A stretch of DNA of 27,812 bases, taken from positions 1 to 27,812 of the forward strand of contig CAXBPH010000072.1 in the NCBI GenBank assembly GCA_963977445.1, written 5' to 3'. The notes under the pieces are model-generated. The model was not told the origin of the DNA. It searched no databases and saw only the letters and a list, made by a program, of their open reading frames with translations. The position numbers and the translations under genes were made by a program. This DNA comes from an uncultured bacterium. Its GTDB lineage: Bacteria > Hydrogenedentota > Hydrogenedentia > Hydrogenedentales > JAEUWI01. The stretch's first letter is position 1; every line of letters starts with the position of its first letter. This document shows positions 1 through 10,087 of the stretch, one piece after another.

Positions 1-3
1 GGG

Positions 4-289
4 GGGACGTACCGCCGCAAGCAAGCCCGCAGCGAAGAAAGGCACTCGGCGGCCACCAAGCCTGCTCCTACAAACGGAGAACCGCCACAACGCGGGGGTA
101 TGTCCCGAACGGGGTAGAACTCAAAGACCCAGCCCCCGTGCCAACCGCCTAGACCAAACCGATTACCCCAGTCGGGACAGACCCACGCCCGTTCGTGCCT
201 TCCGCTGTATCGAGCCACCCTGTTCGCCCGAAAAACACGACCACCACCTCGGGTTCACCTGCGTGGGCCCGTCCCCACACGTGGGGACG
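4..289. repeat. Cluster of imperfect GC-rich inverted repeats (REP-like doublets) and a hairpin downstream of the thioesterase gene
   Basis: GGGACGTACCGCCGC (4-18) pairs with GCGGGGGTATGTCCC (92-106) at 13/15. GGGACAGACCCACGC (174-188) pairs with GCGTGGGCCCGTCCC (261-275) at 13/15. Hairpin CGTCCCCA-CACG-TGGGGACG at 270-289 lies just past the minus-strand stop at 294. Confidence 0.4.
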
Positions 290-293
290 CCCC

Positions 294-722
294 TCAGCTA
301 TTCCCTTTATCAAAGGCATCAAAGAGGTCTTGGGGAATACGGGCGGCACGGCCCGTTTCCAGGTTCAGCAGCATGACGCGGTGGGTCGCGTGGGCACAGC
401 AGGCGTCGCCGATGGAAATATCGGCCTCCAGGTTCATGGTGGCGCGACCTAACTTCGTGCACCACATAGTCCCGACGGGCTCGTCGTAGAGGGTGATGGA
501 TTTCTTGTAGGTGATATGGGTCGAGGCCAGAATCGGAGCCACACCTTCATCCATAAAGCGCTTGATGGGGTAGTATTGGCGGAGCAAATCCATACGGAGA
601 TCTTCCAGCCAGCGGACGTAGACCTGGTTATTTACGTGGCTGGCGAAATCGATATCGTAGGTCTGCACCTTGAGGGGAAGGGTCACCCCCAAGGGGCGGT
701 GGTGGGCTTGGGCGTCACGCAT
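294..722 (-). CDS. Acyl-CoA thioesterase, hotdog fold (YbgC/FadM/4HBT-like)
   Basis: 142 aa with the 4HBT-family N-terminal signature VQTYDIDFASHVNNQVYVRWLEDLR and a C-terminal ...GRAARIP motif. Confidence 0.85.
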   Translation of the reverse strand: MRDAQAHHRPLGVTLPLKVQTYDIDFASHVNNQVYVRWLEDLRMDLLRQYYPIKRFMDEGVAPILASTHITYKKSITLYDEPVGTMWCTKLGRATMNLEADISIGDACCAHATHRVMLLNLETGRAARIPQDLFDAFDKGNS

Positions 723-770
723 GATTCGTCCGTTTCTGTTGTGAATTCAAGGGGCTTTCCCTCGATGGCA

Positions 771-1232
771 TCAACGCCCCACGTGCTTCATAGCACGGGC
801 CATCTCCACTTTGCTTTCCCGCTCTTTGATGGTGTCTCGTTTATCGCGGACGTTCTTACCGCGACCGAGGCCGAGTTCGATCTTGACCATGCCCCGTTTG
901 AAGTACACGCTCAAGGGCACCAGCGTCAAGCCCTTTTCGGCAATGCGCTGGGCGAGCTTTTCGATCTCCCGCTTGTGCATGAGCAACTTGCGGGGCCGTT
1001 CGGGCTCGTGATTGTGTATGTTACCCATTCTATAGGGCTCAATATAGGCCCCCACAAGGAACAGTTCGCCGCTCCGTCGGATGTCGGCGAAACTGTCCTT
1101 CAGGGTCATGGTACCGGGTTCGCGGAGGGACTTCACCTCCGTGCCCACGAGAACAATGCCTGCCTCGAAGGTATCGAGGATTTCATAGTTCCGCCGGGCC
1201 ATCCGGTTTTGCGCTATCTTTTTTTCACCCAT
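771..1232 (-). CDS. smpB: SsrA (tmRNA)-binding protein SmpB
   Basis: 153 aa with the canonical SmpB motifs IAQNRMARRNYEILDTFEAGIVLVGTEVKSLR, RPRKLLMHKREI, GLTLVPL, GRGK..DKR. Confidence 0.97.
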   Translation of the reverse strand: MGEKKIAQNRMARRNYEILDTFEAGIVLVGTEVKSLREPGTMTLKDSFADIRRSGELFLVGAYIEPYRMGNIHNHEPERPRKLLMHKREIEKLAQRIAEKGLTLVPLSVYFKRGMVKIELGLGRGKNVRDKRDTIKERESKVEMARAMKHVGR

Positions 1233-1341
1233 AATAATTTGTGCCTGATTTAGTTTTAAATCGTATTGGTCGTGCCTCGGGGGACGTCATTTTCACCCGT
1301 CCGACACCGTATAGTACGGCCGCATTACGACCTCATTCCGC

Positions 1342-2655
1342 TTAGTGCCTGCGGGGTCCCCAGGAGGGTCCTTCACACGCAAGACTGATGCGCGGCAGTT
1401 TGCGCTCTTCACCCGACTCCATGGAGAAGGTGTAGAGGCTCTTCTGCCCGTTGCGGGTGGAGCTGAATATAATGTGCCGTGAATCGGCCGACCAGCTGGG
1501 CGATTCATTGCTGCCCTGGCTGTTGGATATACGCTGTGCATTGGAGCCATCGGCACCCATGATGTAAATCTCGAGTCCGTCACCCTTCTTCTCAGCCACA
1601 TAGGCAATATACTTGCCATCGGGCGACCAGGCCGGGTCATAGGAGCTGCCGCCCTGGAAGGAAAGGCGCTTTGCATCTTCGCCATTCACATCCATACTAA
1701 AGACCTGGGGACTGCCTGCACGGTCACTTACAAAGGCAATATGCGTACCATCAGGGGAGAAAACCGGGGAGGTTTCCACGTCACGGTTACGGGTAAGACG
1801 GCGAAGATTGGAGCCATCGGCGTTACGAAGATAGATTTCGTTGTTGCCGTCCTTACTGAGCACCATGCCCAGCGTGTTGCCATCGGGCGACCAGGCCGGT
1901 GCGATATTCAGACCCACTTCTTTCGACACGGGAACAGATTTACCGGTCATCCGATCGAAGACATACAGGAACGTGTAGCGGTCTTTGTAGGAGAGATAGG
2001 CAATCTTGTTGCCGTCGGGGGAAATCTTGGGTTTGATGGAGATGGAGTTGTGCTTGGTTACCTGCTGCACATTGGCACCATCATAATCGGCCACATAGAT
2101 CTCTTTGCTGCCCGTTGCACCGGCGCTGAAACAGATTTCTGAAGTGCCGATGCCGGCGGTACCTTCCAGATTTCGGATGATTTCTTCCGAAAAGTGGTGG
2201 GCGGCCAGGCGCGGGAACTTCTTGTCCACTTTCAGCTGCAGGCCGAAGACCTGGTTCAACGTGGCCAGATCAAAGAGACGGAACTCCGTGACCAGCTGAT
2301 CGCCATCCTGAACCAGATTGCCAAAGACCAGGTGCTCCGCCTTGGTGGAGGCCCACATGTCCCGATTCAACTTGGTCGCATCGGGGTCGAGGGCGGTAAA
2401 TCCAACGGGATATTTCTCCGCAGGAAGGACGTTGAACAGTCCTGAGAAGGCCAAATCGTCGGCAACGACCTGGGCCAATTCGGTGGCCAGCGACGTCAGC
2501 GCGGGATCGGCCGCAGCGCACGGCGGCACGGCAATGGGAATACGAGTATCGACCCGATTGGGATTACCAAAGATCTCGACCTGCGCGTTCGCCAGTTGCG
2601 ATACGAGTAGCAGTGCGCAAAGCACCGTCAGGGTATGCCACATGTTGTGTTTCAA
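1342..2655 (-). CDS. tolB: Tol-Pal system beta-propeller protein TolB
   Basis: Signal peptide (...SQLANA-Q), TolB N-domain (IPIAVP...VADDLAFSGLF), then repeated PD40 blades (SPDGNKIAY, PAWSPDG, SPVFSPDG, PSWSADS). Directly downstream of the TolA-like gene. Confidence 0.92.
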   Translation of the reverse strand: MKHNMWHTLTVLCALLLVSQLANAQVEIFGNPNRVDTRIPIAVPPCAAADPALTSLATELAQVVADDLAFSGLFNVLPAEKYPVGFTALDPDATKLNRDMWASTKAEHLVFGNLVQDGDQLVTEFRLFDLATLNQVFGLQLKVDKKFPRLAAHHFSEEIIRNLEGTAGIGTSEICFSAGATGSKEIYVADYDGANVQQVTKHNSISIKPKISPDGNKIAYLSYKDRYTFLYVFDRMTGKSVPVSKEVGLNIAPAWSPDGNTLGMVLSKDGNNEIYLRNADGSNLRRLTRNRDVETSPVFSPDGTHIAFVSDRAGSPQVFSMDVNGEDAKRLSFQGGSSYDPAWSPDGKYIAYVAEKKGDGLEIYIMGADGSNAQRISNSQGSNESPSWSADSRHIIFSSTRNGQKSLYTFSMESGEERKLPRISLACEGPSWGPRRH

Positions 2656-2673
2656 AATTTTCTCCTCTTGACC

Positions 2674-3720
2674 TTAAGGTATCGCTCTAAATACATACAC
2701 GACGTATTGTTCCGGTTCATTAAAATCCTCCGGGAAGGGAGGGAACGGCACAACCGCCTTGATTGCGCTGATGCATGACGCATCCAGGGCCTTTTGGGTT
2801 GTGCCTTCCAGTATATTCGGTTCGGACATCAAGTCACCATCACTGGTCACATAAAAGCCAACCTTGATGGTCTCGCCTTCTGCGCCCAGACTTATACCAG
2901 CGGGCAAGACCCAAGTACGATCGACCTTGCGTTTCACGTTAGCGGCCCATCCCCGAAGGGCATTGGGCAATTGGGCGTCTTCTACGCCCTGGGTTACCGG
3001 ACCTTTATTCTTTGCCAGCGCTTCCAGCTTTTTCTTCTCCTCCTCCGCCGCCATTTTCTTCTTCTCCTCCTCCAGCTTTTTCTTCTCGTCTTCCTTCTTC
3101 TTCTCTTCGGCCATTTTCTTTTTCTCGTCTTCCTTCTTCTTCTCCTCCTCTAATTTCTTTTTCTCCTCCTCCTTCTTTTTCTCCGCCGCCATCTTAGTCT
3201 TCTCTTCCTCCAGGCGCTTCTCTTCCACCAATTTCTTTTTCTCTGCCTCGGCCGCCTCCTGCTTCTTCTTCACCTCCGCCTCTTTCTTTTTCAGCGCCTC
3301 TTTTTCCCGCACGGCCAATTCGGTGGGTGATTCCGGTTTCTCCACGGGCGGCGTGGGCTTTTCTACCGGCTTCTCCATAGGCTTCTCAACCGGTTTTTCC
3401 GGTTCGGGCTTGGGAGGCTCGACTTTGGGCTCTGGAACAGGCTCCGGCTTCGGTGGCTCTGGCTTTGGGGGCTCTGGCGTCGGCACCGGGGGCGAATTCT
3501 CTACCACTTCCCTCGGGGCCACATCGGAGACTGCCTCCGACATCTGCTCGATAGTTACGGTAAAAACCTCAGGCGGCTTTGTTTTCGGACGCCAGTTAAA
3601 ATAACCAAACAAGATCACCACGAGCAACACGTGGGCCAATATAGAGCCGAGTAGTGCATACCGTAGCCGTGGGCGATAGATCGTGGAGCGCCAATATTGT
3701 TCGAATCGATTGTCTATCAC
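2674..3720 (-). CDS. tolA: TolA/TonB-family energy transducer (single TM anchor, Pro/Glu/Lys-rich linker, TonB_2-like C-terminal domain)
   Basis: N-terminal TM segment with the S-x3-H motif (LLGSILAHVLLVVIL), PEPPK repeats, a long K/E-rich helix and a C-terminal domain (VKRKVDRTW...LDASCISAIKAVVPFPPFP). Adjacent to tolB. Confidence 0.8.
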   Translation of the reverse strand: MIDNRFEQYWRSTIYRPRLRYALLGSILAHVLLVVILFGYFNWRPKTKPPEVFTVTIEQMSEAVSDVAPREVVENSPPVPTPEPPKPEPPKPEPVPEPKVEPPKPEPEKPVEKPMEKPVEKPTPPVEKPESPTELAVREKEALKKKEAEVKKKQEAAEAEKKKLVEEKRLEEEKTKMAAEKKKEEEKKKLEEEKKKEDEKKKMAEEKKKEDEKKKLEEEKKKMAAEEEKKKLEALAKNKGPVTQGVEDAQLPNALRGWAANVKRKVDRTWVLPAGISLGAEGETIKVGFYVTSDGDLMSEPNILEGTTQKALDASCISAIKAVVPFPPFPEDFNEPEQYVVYVFRAIP

Positions 3721-3822
3721 GTGTCAAAACAAACCTACGTTGGTGGTGGTATATGGTGTCTGCCGCGCTACAAAATGTGGTGGAACGATTCCACCCCATA
3801 CCCTGCATAGTATACCGCGTCT

Positions 3823-5370
3823 ATGGCCGGAGGTTCCATAAATGGGTATTTTGTCGGCGGACCAGCTCCGGTCACTGGCTGCCCGGATTATACAGTCTTG
3901 CCCGCTCGTTTACATCCTCGCTCCGCCTCCGCTACAATGCGGCCCATGCGCCGCTCCTACCACGATTTGCCCGCCCGTTCGGGTCTGGGTCTGACCCATA
4001 TATACGTCCGCACCCTGTTGGCCTATCTTCTTGCCATGGGCGGGCTCTGGATCCTTGGTCTTGAAGGCATTTACGGTCATCCTACGCCCTTTTACGCCCT
4101 GTTTGCGCCCGTAATGCCCACCTTCTCGGCCCTGGGATGGCAACTCCCCTGGATTGGGGTAGTTCTACTCGGTTTCGCCGCGTTTCGTCATTTCCTCCTT
4201 CCCCGTCTCCAAAATGACGCCCCCATGCCGCCGAAGACCGTCTGGCGGTATCTACTGGGCATTTTTATCTTCGCCGTCCTCTTTTCCGCTGCAATCGCCA
4301 TGATTCGGGGCGGATTCCATGGAATCGAGCAGGCCTACAGCCGACAGGCCTATGAATATATTGGTGATATTGGTAAAACCCGGAACATCCAACAACTATT
4401 CGAGCGCTACCACGAAATTCACCCCTATCTTTCCATGCACGCCAAGGTCCACCCCCCCGGCCCCATTGCCCTCTTGTGGTTTATGTCCTATTTCGTGGGC
4501 ACCACCCCGGCCGCCTTGTCCGTTGCCACTATTCTCTTCAGTTGTACCGCCTTATTTCCTCTTTTTTTCTGGACCCGGCTCCTGACCAACCAACGCACGG
4601 CCTTTCTCGCGTGTGTCTGCTACAGCCTGGTCCCCTCCATCGTGCTTTTCACGGCCACCAGCGCCGACGCCCTCTTCACGCCCTTCACGCTCACGACCCT
4701 CTATCTCTTTGAACGGGCTATCCGGCAGAATTCCGGGCGAATGGCCCTGCTGGCAGGCATCGGCTATGGCCTGATGATCCTGCTCAAGTTCTCTCTCATC
4801 GGAATGGGTGCCTATTTCGGGCTGGTGGGCCTGTGGATGTTGTGCCGCGAAGATACCCGGCGCAACGTCATCCAGACTGCCGTGGTCATGGCCGTTGGCG
4901 TGGCCGTAGTGCTTGGGGGCGTCTATTGGTGGTCCGGCTTTAACGTGGTGGACACCTTTCACCTGGCAAAACAGCAATTCGATACGGACCAGATGCATCT
5001 GGACGAACTCTCCCCCCGGCTGCCCGCGTGGACCTACCGCATCCTGAATCCCGCGTGCTGGTTCTTTTTTGCCGGCATTCCCGTATCCGTGTTGGCCATT
5101 CGGGAATTTTTCAGTGGCGAAGAGGAGACCAAGGTTCGTTGGCGCATCTTTTTCCTCATGCTACTGGTGCTCAACCTGCTCTACCTGGCCCGGGGCGAAG
5201 GAGAGCGCTCGGCGCTGTACCTTTTTCCCTTCCTGGTGATACCGGCCGCCCACTATCTCGGGCGCGCATTGAACCGACAGACAAACAACCCCGGCCCCCT
5301 GGTGGCGACGGTGGTCTTCCTGGCCCTCCAGTGCTGGTTCGTTGAGACGGCCTTCTATACCTATTGGTGA
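3823..5370 (+). CDS. Polytopic membrane protein, probable GT-C fold glycosyltransferase (PMT/GT39-like); true start probably ATG 3937 or 3946
   Basis: About 10-12 hydrophobic segments, an extracytoplasmic loop with HAKVHPPGP, SADALF and a C-terminal GEGERSALYL. Sits directly upstream of a GT2 gene. The family call is inferred from topology and motifs. Confidence 0.55.
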   Translation: MAGGSINGYFVGGPAPVTGCPDYTVLPARLHPRSASATMRPMRRSYHDLPARSGLGLTHIYVRTLLAYLLAMGGLWILGLEGIYGHPTPFYALFAPVMPTFSALGWQLPWIGVVLLGFAAFRHFLLPRLQNDAPMPPKTVWRYLLGIFIFAVLFSAAIAMIRGGFHGIEQAYSRQAYEYIGDIGKTRNIQQLFERYHEIHPYLSMHAKVHPPGPIALLWFMSYFVGTTPAALSVATILFSCTALFPLFFWTRLLTNQRTAFLACVCYSLVPSIVLFTATSADALFTPFTLTTLYLFERAIRQNSGRMALLAGIGYGLMILLKFSLIGMGAYFGLVGLWMLCREDTRRNVIQTAVVMAVGVAVVLGGVYWWSGFNVVDTFHLAKQQFDTDQMHLDELSPRLPAWTYRILNPACWFFFAGIPVSVLAIREFFSGEEETKVRWRIFFLMLLVLNLLYLARGEGERSALYLFPFLVIPAAHYLGRALNRQTNNPGPLVATVVFLALQCWFVETAFYTYW

Positions 5371-5425
5371 AATACCCGTAAAGGCAAGATGGCCCCAGGC
5401 CACCTGCCGATGAGGCGAGCTTTGC

Positions 5426-6166
5426 ATGTGGCGTGACAAAAAAGTTTCGGTCATCTTCCCCACCTACAACGAAAAAGACTCCATCCGCGCAGCGATTGAA
5501 GACTTCTTTGCGTCGGGTTACGTGGACGAAGTCATCGTCGTCAACAATAATGCTGCCGAAGGTACCGATGAAGAGGTGGCTCACACCGATGCCCGGCTGG
5601 TCTATGAGACTGCCCAGGGTTACGGCCGCGCCATCTGGAAAGGCCTGGAGGAGGCGGAGGGAGAACTCCTCATTATTGCAGAACCTGACGGCACCTTTTC
5701 TGGCAATGATGTCATAAAACTGCTCGCCTTCAGCGACGACGTGCCGGTCGTTTTCGGCACCCGGACCGCCCGGGAGTTTGTCTGGGACGGCGCAAATATG
5801 GGCATATTCCTGAAGTGGGGTAACTACGCCGTAGGGAAGCTCATGGAGTTTCTCTTCAACACCACCTTTCTCAGTGATGTGGGCTGCACCATGCGACTCC
5901 TCCATCGCGACGCCTACGAAAGCATCCGACCACAGTTCTCCATTGGCGGCTCCCACTTTGGTCCCCAATTGATGTTGCTGGTCATACTCAACGGATTTTC
6001 CTTTGTGGAGATACCGGTCAACTACCGCAAACGGGTGGGCCATTCATCGGTAACGGGCAGCTTCTTTCGGGCCTTTACGCTGGGCTGCCAGATGATTCTG
6101 CTTATCCTTCGCTATCGCCTGGGTTCGTGGCTCGGCTTCCTTCCCCGCGTCCCCCCGACGCCCTGA
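5426..6166 (+). CDS. Family 2 glycosyltransferase (DPM1/polyprenol-phosphate glycosyltransferase-like)
   Basis: VSVIFPTYNE, EVIVVNNN, QGYGRAIWKG, IIAEPDG (DxD variant), VVFGTR, SDVGCTMR, EIPVNYRKRVG. Confidence 0.88.
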   Translation: MWRDKKVSVIFPTYNEKDSIRAAIEDFFASGYVDEVIVVNNNAAEGTDEEVAHTDARLVYETAQGYGRAIWKGLEEAEGELLIIAEPDGTFSGNDVIKLLAFSDDVPVVFGTRTAREFVWDGANMGIFLKWGNYAVGKLMEFLFNTTFLSDVGCTMRLLHRDAYESIRPQFSIGGSHFGPQLMLLVILNGFSFVEIPVNYRKRVGHSSVTGSFFRAFTLGCQMILLILRYRLGSWLGFLPRVPPTP

Positions 6167-6168
6167 GT

Positions 6169-6197
6169 TTGACTTTCAAAAAATACGATGGTATAGT
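6169..6197 (+). promoter_or_regulatory. Sigma70-type promoter for dnaG-rpoD
   Basis: TTGACT (6169-6174), 17-nt spacer, TATAGT (6192-6197); each box is 5/6 to consensus. Confidence 0.65.
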
Positions 6198-6310
6198 CTG
6201 TTCACGTCTTGACAGATCCTTGGGCCGTGCTGTGCCTGCACATAGCATGGGACTACCTACCGTAGTTTTAATGGAATCGGTTAAGGGGTATGCGGGTTAC
6301 AGAAAGTTGA

Positions 6311-8095
6311 TTGTCCCAGAAAGGTCTCTATCCACGCGTGCCGATTTATCCACGAGAAGTTGTTGCGGAAGTCCTGGCGGCCAACGATATAGTCCAGGTA
6401 ATCGGCACCCATGTGGAACTGAAAAACGCGGGCGGTGGTCGAATGAAGGCCCTCTGTCCCTTCCATCGTGAGAAGACCCCTTCCTTCGTTGTTAATCAGG
6501 ATCGCCAGTCTTATCATTGCTTTGGCTGCGGCAAAGGCGGGGATGCCCTCAGCTTTATTATGGAGCAGGAAGGGCTGCACTTCACAGAAGCCCTGCAATC
6601 ATTGGCTGATCGCGGAAACGTTCGGTTGCCCGCCGTTTCGGAAGCCTCGCTGGAGCGGGATGGCCTGCGCATACAATTATTAGCGTTTAATAAGAGCGCC
6701 AGCAAGTTTTACCAGAATATATTGAGTCACCCCACACGGGGACAGAAGGGACGGACCTATCTCGAAAGCCGCGCACTGAAGGACGAAACGATTGAACGTT
6801 TTGGCCTGGGCGTTATCCCGGATGAGTGGTCCCTCTTGTTTGAAGCTGCCCAGAAGAAAAAGACCCCGACAGCGGTATTAGATGGTAGCGGCCTCGTTAA
6901 AATTGGTGAGCGCGGCAATTATTACGACTTGTTTCGTGACCGGCTCATCATCCCGATTAAAGATGTATCGGGCAATGTGGTTGCCTTTGGTGGCCGCGAT
7001 CTGGGCGACAGCCCGGCAAAATACATAAATTCGCCGGAAACGGCTATCTATCGGAAGAGCAAGACGCTCTACGGGCTCCATGAAGCCCGGGACGCCATGC
7101 GCCAGGAAAAATTCGTAATTCTCGTTGAGGGCTATTTTGACGCCCTCCGTTGTTTTGATGCCGGCATTGAAAACGTCGTTGCCACCTGTGGCACGGCCCT
7201 CACATCGGAGCAAGCCTCGTTGATTCGACGCTATGTGCCCGAGGTCGTGTTGGTGTATGACGGTGATGCTGCGGGCATCCAGGCGGCCATGAAAGGCACG
7301 GGTGTCTTAACGGCAGCTGGACTTTCGGTCCGCGGCATGGCCTTGCCCGACAACCAGGATCCGGACGACTACGTCCGGCACCAGGGTGTCGAGGCGTTCC
7401 GTGGACTGCTGGCGGATGCGCCGGATTTTGTGACATTTTACGCGCGTCAGAGCCAGGAGCGTCTGGGCAGCATTGAAGGTGCCACCGCGGTGGCCCATGA
7501 GATATTTGAAATACTGCGTCATATTGACGACGAAGTGCGACTGGATGAGTATCTGCGCCTCGCGGCACAGGAACTCCGCCTGAATGAACGGGCGTGCCGC
7601 ACGGAATATGAGCGTTTCACGACCCAGAGCTATCGTCAACCCATCCAGCAGGAGACCGACGAGTCGGCACCGGTATTTGTCAGCAAAGATGACTGCGATT
7701 TCCTCTCGGCGCTAATTAATAGTAGCGGATTAATGGAAGAAGCACGGTCCGGCCTGGGTGAAGGCGTCGGACTGGGTCTCGGCCCCTTGGCCGAAGTGCT
7801 CAACGTCGTGCTCTTCCGCGATGTTCGCAGTATAGAATTGGATTTTGATACACAAAGTGCCCGGAGCCTCTACGCGGCAGCCACCGCTGTGGAGTCCGAC
7901 ACCATAAAAGACCCCGACGCACTCGTCGGGTTACGCCTGAACCGCCTGAAGAGAGAATCGTTGCGCATTCAAGTCGCAAATGTAATGAAAGAACTTCAGG
8001 AAGCAGAACGTAGCCGGAACACCGTGCGGATGGTTGAATTGCTTCAACAAAAATCACAATTAGGAAAAGAGTTGGAACGGGTCGGGGCATCCTAG
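6311..8095 (+). CDS. dnaG: DNA primase (start may be GTG 6338)
   Basis: CHC2 zinc finger CPFHREKTPSF...HCFGCG, FRDRLIIPI, VAFGGR, KYINSPET, TOPRIM motifs VEGYFD and YDGDAAG, DPDD. Confidence 0.97.
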   Translation: MSQKGLYPRVPIYPREVVAEVLAANDIVQVIGTHVELKNAGGGRMKALCPFHREKTPSFVVNQDRQSYHCFGCGKGGDALSFIMEQEGLHFTEALQSLADRGNVRLPAVSEASLERDGLRIQLLAFNKSASKFYQNILSHPTRGQKGRTYLESRALKDETIERFGLGVIPDEWSLLFEAAQKKKTPTAVLDGSGLVKIGERGNYYDLFRDRLIIPIKDVSGNVVAFGGRDLGDSPAKYINSPETAIYRKSKTLYGLHEARDAMRQEKFVILVEGYFDALRCFDAGIENVVATCGTALTSEQASLIRRYVPEVVLVYDGDAAGIQAAMKGTGVLTAAGLSVRGMALPDNQDPDDYVRHQGVEAFRGLLADAPDFVTFYARQSQERLGSIEGATAVAHEIFEILRHIDDEVRLDEYLRLAAQELRLNERACRTEYERFTTQSYRQPIQQETDESAPVFVSKDDCDFLSALINSSGLMEEARSGLGEGVGLGLGPLAEVLNVVLFRDVRSIELDFDTQSARSLYAAATAVESDTIKDPDALVGLRLNRLKRESLRIQVANVMKELQEAERSRNTVRMVELLQQKSQLGKELERVGAS

Positions 8096-8138
8096 GGATG
8101 CCACGACTACAGCCAACAGTACCAATCGAGGGTAAGCC

Positions 8139-9902
8139 ATGGCCGTAGCGAAGAAAAAGAAGTCGACTATCACCGATCCGAAAACGACCGAGGCCATCAA
8201 GCGTGCCAAGAAAACGGGTAAGCTCACCTATGATGAGTTGGGCGAGCTGCTGCCCAATGACGCCACCCCGGCTCAAATCGATGATGTTATGGTCGCGCTC
8301 AGCGAGACCAATATCGAGATTGTAGACGATCTTAAAATTGATTCGGAGAAAAAGGCCGAAGAAAAGCGCAAAGAAAAAGTTGCCAAGAAGGCCGAACTGC
8401 GCCGGGAAGCCGCCCACACCCGATTGGAACGGGCCGATGACCCGGTTCGCATGTACCTTCGTGAAATGGGTCGGGTCCCTCTCCTGACCAAAGATCAGGA
8501 AGTGGCCATTGCGAAACGTATTGAAGCGGCAGAAGACGATCTGAATGACGTGATTCTGGGCACCCCCTACACCCTCAAAGAAGTCCAGATGATTGGTGCC
8601 CGCCTGCTCGCAGGCCGCCTGAACTATGCGCAAATCTGCAAAGACGAAGACACGCGGAAGTTGCACCGGTTTGTAAACGACCTTCCTGATTTAATGGAAA
8701 GCATCGTCGAACTGGATGAGAATATCGCGACGCAGGATAAGCGCTCACGGCGTACCGGCCTTACGGAAAAAAGCCTGGCCAACATCATGAAAAAGCTTGC
8801 GGATTATCGCGTCGATCAGATCGCTATCATCTGCAAGTTTGACCTGAAGTCGAAAGAAATCGCGAAAATTGGTCGTAAGATCAAGGGGCTTAAGCGACGT
8901 ATTGCCGCATGCCGCGATGAAATTGATCGGGTAGAGCGTGAAGTTGGCTACAACACCGAAACAGTCCACGAAATGGCCGTCAAGCTTCGTCGCACCCCTG
9001 CGGTAGCTGAAAATCTTGGTGTAGAAAAAGAGCCGATTCTTGATGCGGAGCGTCGCCTCACCATCGCGCAGCGTAAAATCGACCAGATCGAGAGTGACGC
9101 CAAGCTTGACGCCGACCAGATCAGCGAATTGATTGACGTCATCAAGCACCGCGAAGAACTCATCTACAACGCCAAGATGGAGCTGGTTGAAGCCAACCTG
9201 CGCCTGGTGGTCAGTATTGGTAAAAAATACACCAACCGGGGCATGTCTTTCCTTGATCTGATTCAGGAAGGCAATATCGGCCTCATGAAGGCGGTAGACA
9301 AGTTCGAATACCAACGTGGCTACAAATTCTCGACCTACGCCACCTGGTGGATTCGCCAGGCCATTACACGCTCCATTGCCGATCAGGCCCGGACAATTCG
9401 TATTCCGGTCCATATGATCGAATCGATCAATAAGCTGGTGCGGACAAGCCGCCGTCTGGTGCAGGAACTCGGTCGCGAACCCAGTCCCGAAGAGATTGCC
9501 GAAGAGATGGAGATGTCCGCCGATAAGGTCCGCTCCATCCTGAAAATCGCCCAGGAGGCCATCAGCCTCGAAACGCCCGTCGGCGATGAAGGCGATTCAA
9601 GCTTTGGCGACTTTATCGAAGACAAGGGTGCCGAGAGTCCCGCCAACGCGACGGCCTTCAGCGTATTCCAGGAGCGCCTCGATGATGTCCTTGGCTCCCT
9701 CACGGAACGAGAAGAAAAAGTGCTTCGCCTCCGCTTTGGGCTCGGCGATGGCTATCCCCGGACCCTGGAAGAAGTCGGCAGCGTGTTCAACGTAACCCGT
9801 GAACGTGTGCGCCAGATTGAAGCCAAGGCGTTGCGCAAGATGCGCCACCCCACGCGCTCCCGCGAATTAAAAACCTTCCTCGACTGGAGCCTGATACAAT
9901 AA
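8139..9902 (+). CDS. rpoD: RNA polymerase primary sigma factor RpoD/SigA
   Basis: Region 1.1, [12 protein letters not shown] (1.2), a non-conserved insert, [74 protein letters not shown]. Follows dnaG. Confidence 0.98.
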   Translation: MAVAKKKKSTITDPKTTEAIKRAKKTGKLTYDELGELLPNDATPAQIDDVMVALSETNIEIVDDLKIDSEKKAEEKRKEKVAKKAELRREAAHTRLERADDPVRMYLREMGRVPLLTKDQEVAIAKRIEAAEDDLNDVILGTPYTLKEVQMIGARLLAGRLNYAQICKDEDTRKLHRFVNDLPDLMESIVELDENIATQDKRSRRTGLTEKSLANIMKKLADYRVDQIAIICKFDLKSKEIAKIGRKIKGLKRRIAACRDEIDRVEREVGYNTETVHEMAVKLRRTPAVAENLGVEKEPILDAERRLTIAQRKIDQIESDAKLDADQISELIDVIKHREELIYNAKMELVEANLRLVVSIGKKYTNRGMSFLDLIQEGNIGLMKAVDKFEYQRGYKFSTYATWWIRQAITRSIADQARTIRIPVHMIESINKLVRTSRRLVQELGREPSPEEIAEEMEMSADKVRSILKIAQEAISLETPVGDEGDSSFGDFIEDKGAESPANATAFSVFQERLDDVLGSLTEREEKVLRLRFGLGDGYPRTLEEVGSVFNVTRERVRQIEAKALRKMRHPTRSRELKTFLDWSLIQ

Positions 9903-9924
9903 CACCCGGTCTAGCATACATTTC

Positions 9925-9954
9925 GGGCCGGATGAGAAAAATCTCATCCGGCCC
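9925..9954 (+). terminator. Hairpin after rpoD, probable terminator
   Basis: Perfect 13-bp stem GGGCCGGATGAGA / TCTCATCCGGCCC with an AAAA loop. The following U-tract is weak. Confidence 0.6.
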
Positions 9955-9955
9955 C

Positions 9956-9985
9956 TTGCGTTCAATCCCCTGAACACAGTATGAT
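9956..9985 (+). promoter_or_regulatory. Candidate sigma70 promoter for the tRNA
   Basis: TTGCGT (9956-9961), 18-nt spacer, TATGAT (9980-9985), ending 21 nt upstream of the tRNA 5' end. Confidence 0.45.
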
Positions 9986-10006
9986 CACGACCCAATGTCT
10001 CCCAAA

Positions 10007-10083
10007 GGGCCCTTAGCTCAGTTGGTTAGAGCAGGTGACTCATAATCACTTGGTCGTTGGTTCAAGTCCAACAGGGCCCACCA
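10007..10083 (+). tRNA. ileX: tRNA with CAT anticodon, most likely tRNA-Ile2 (lysidine-modified, ileX-like); integration site of the island
   Basis: 77-nt cloverleaf GGGCCCT...AGGGCCC-A-CCA, D arm GCTCAGTTGGTTAGAGC, anticodon loop CTCATAA (CAT at 10041-10043), T loop TTCAAGT, encoded CCA. Paired G1-C72 and no triple G-C anticodon stem argue against initiator tRNA. The sequence closely resembles enterobacterial ileX as I recall it. Confidence 0.9.
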
Positions 10084-10087
10084 ATTA

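Noticed and set aside
1..293. tmRNA (ssrA) near smpB
   Set aside because: No tRNA-like GGGG..5' end with a matching T-arm/CCA 3' end or tag reading frame was recognisable; the region is better explained by inverted repeats.
2794..3604. Phe/Ser- and Leu-rich plus-strand ORFs
   Set aside because: Antisense shadows of the Lys/Glu-rich TolA linker.
10007..10083. Initiator tRNA-fMet
   Set aside because: Position 1-72 is paired (G-C) and the anticodon stem lacks the three consecutive G-C pairs. Elongator Met cannot be fully excluded, but the sequence is ileX-like.
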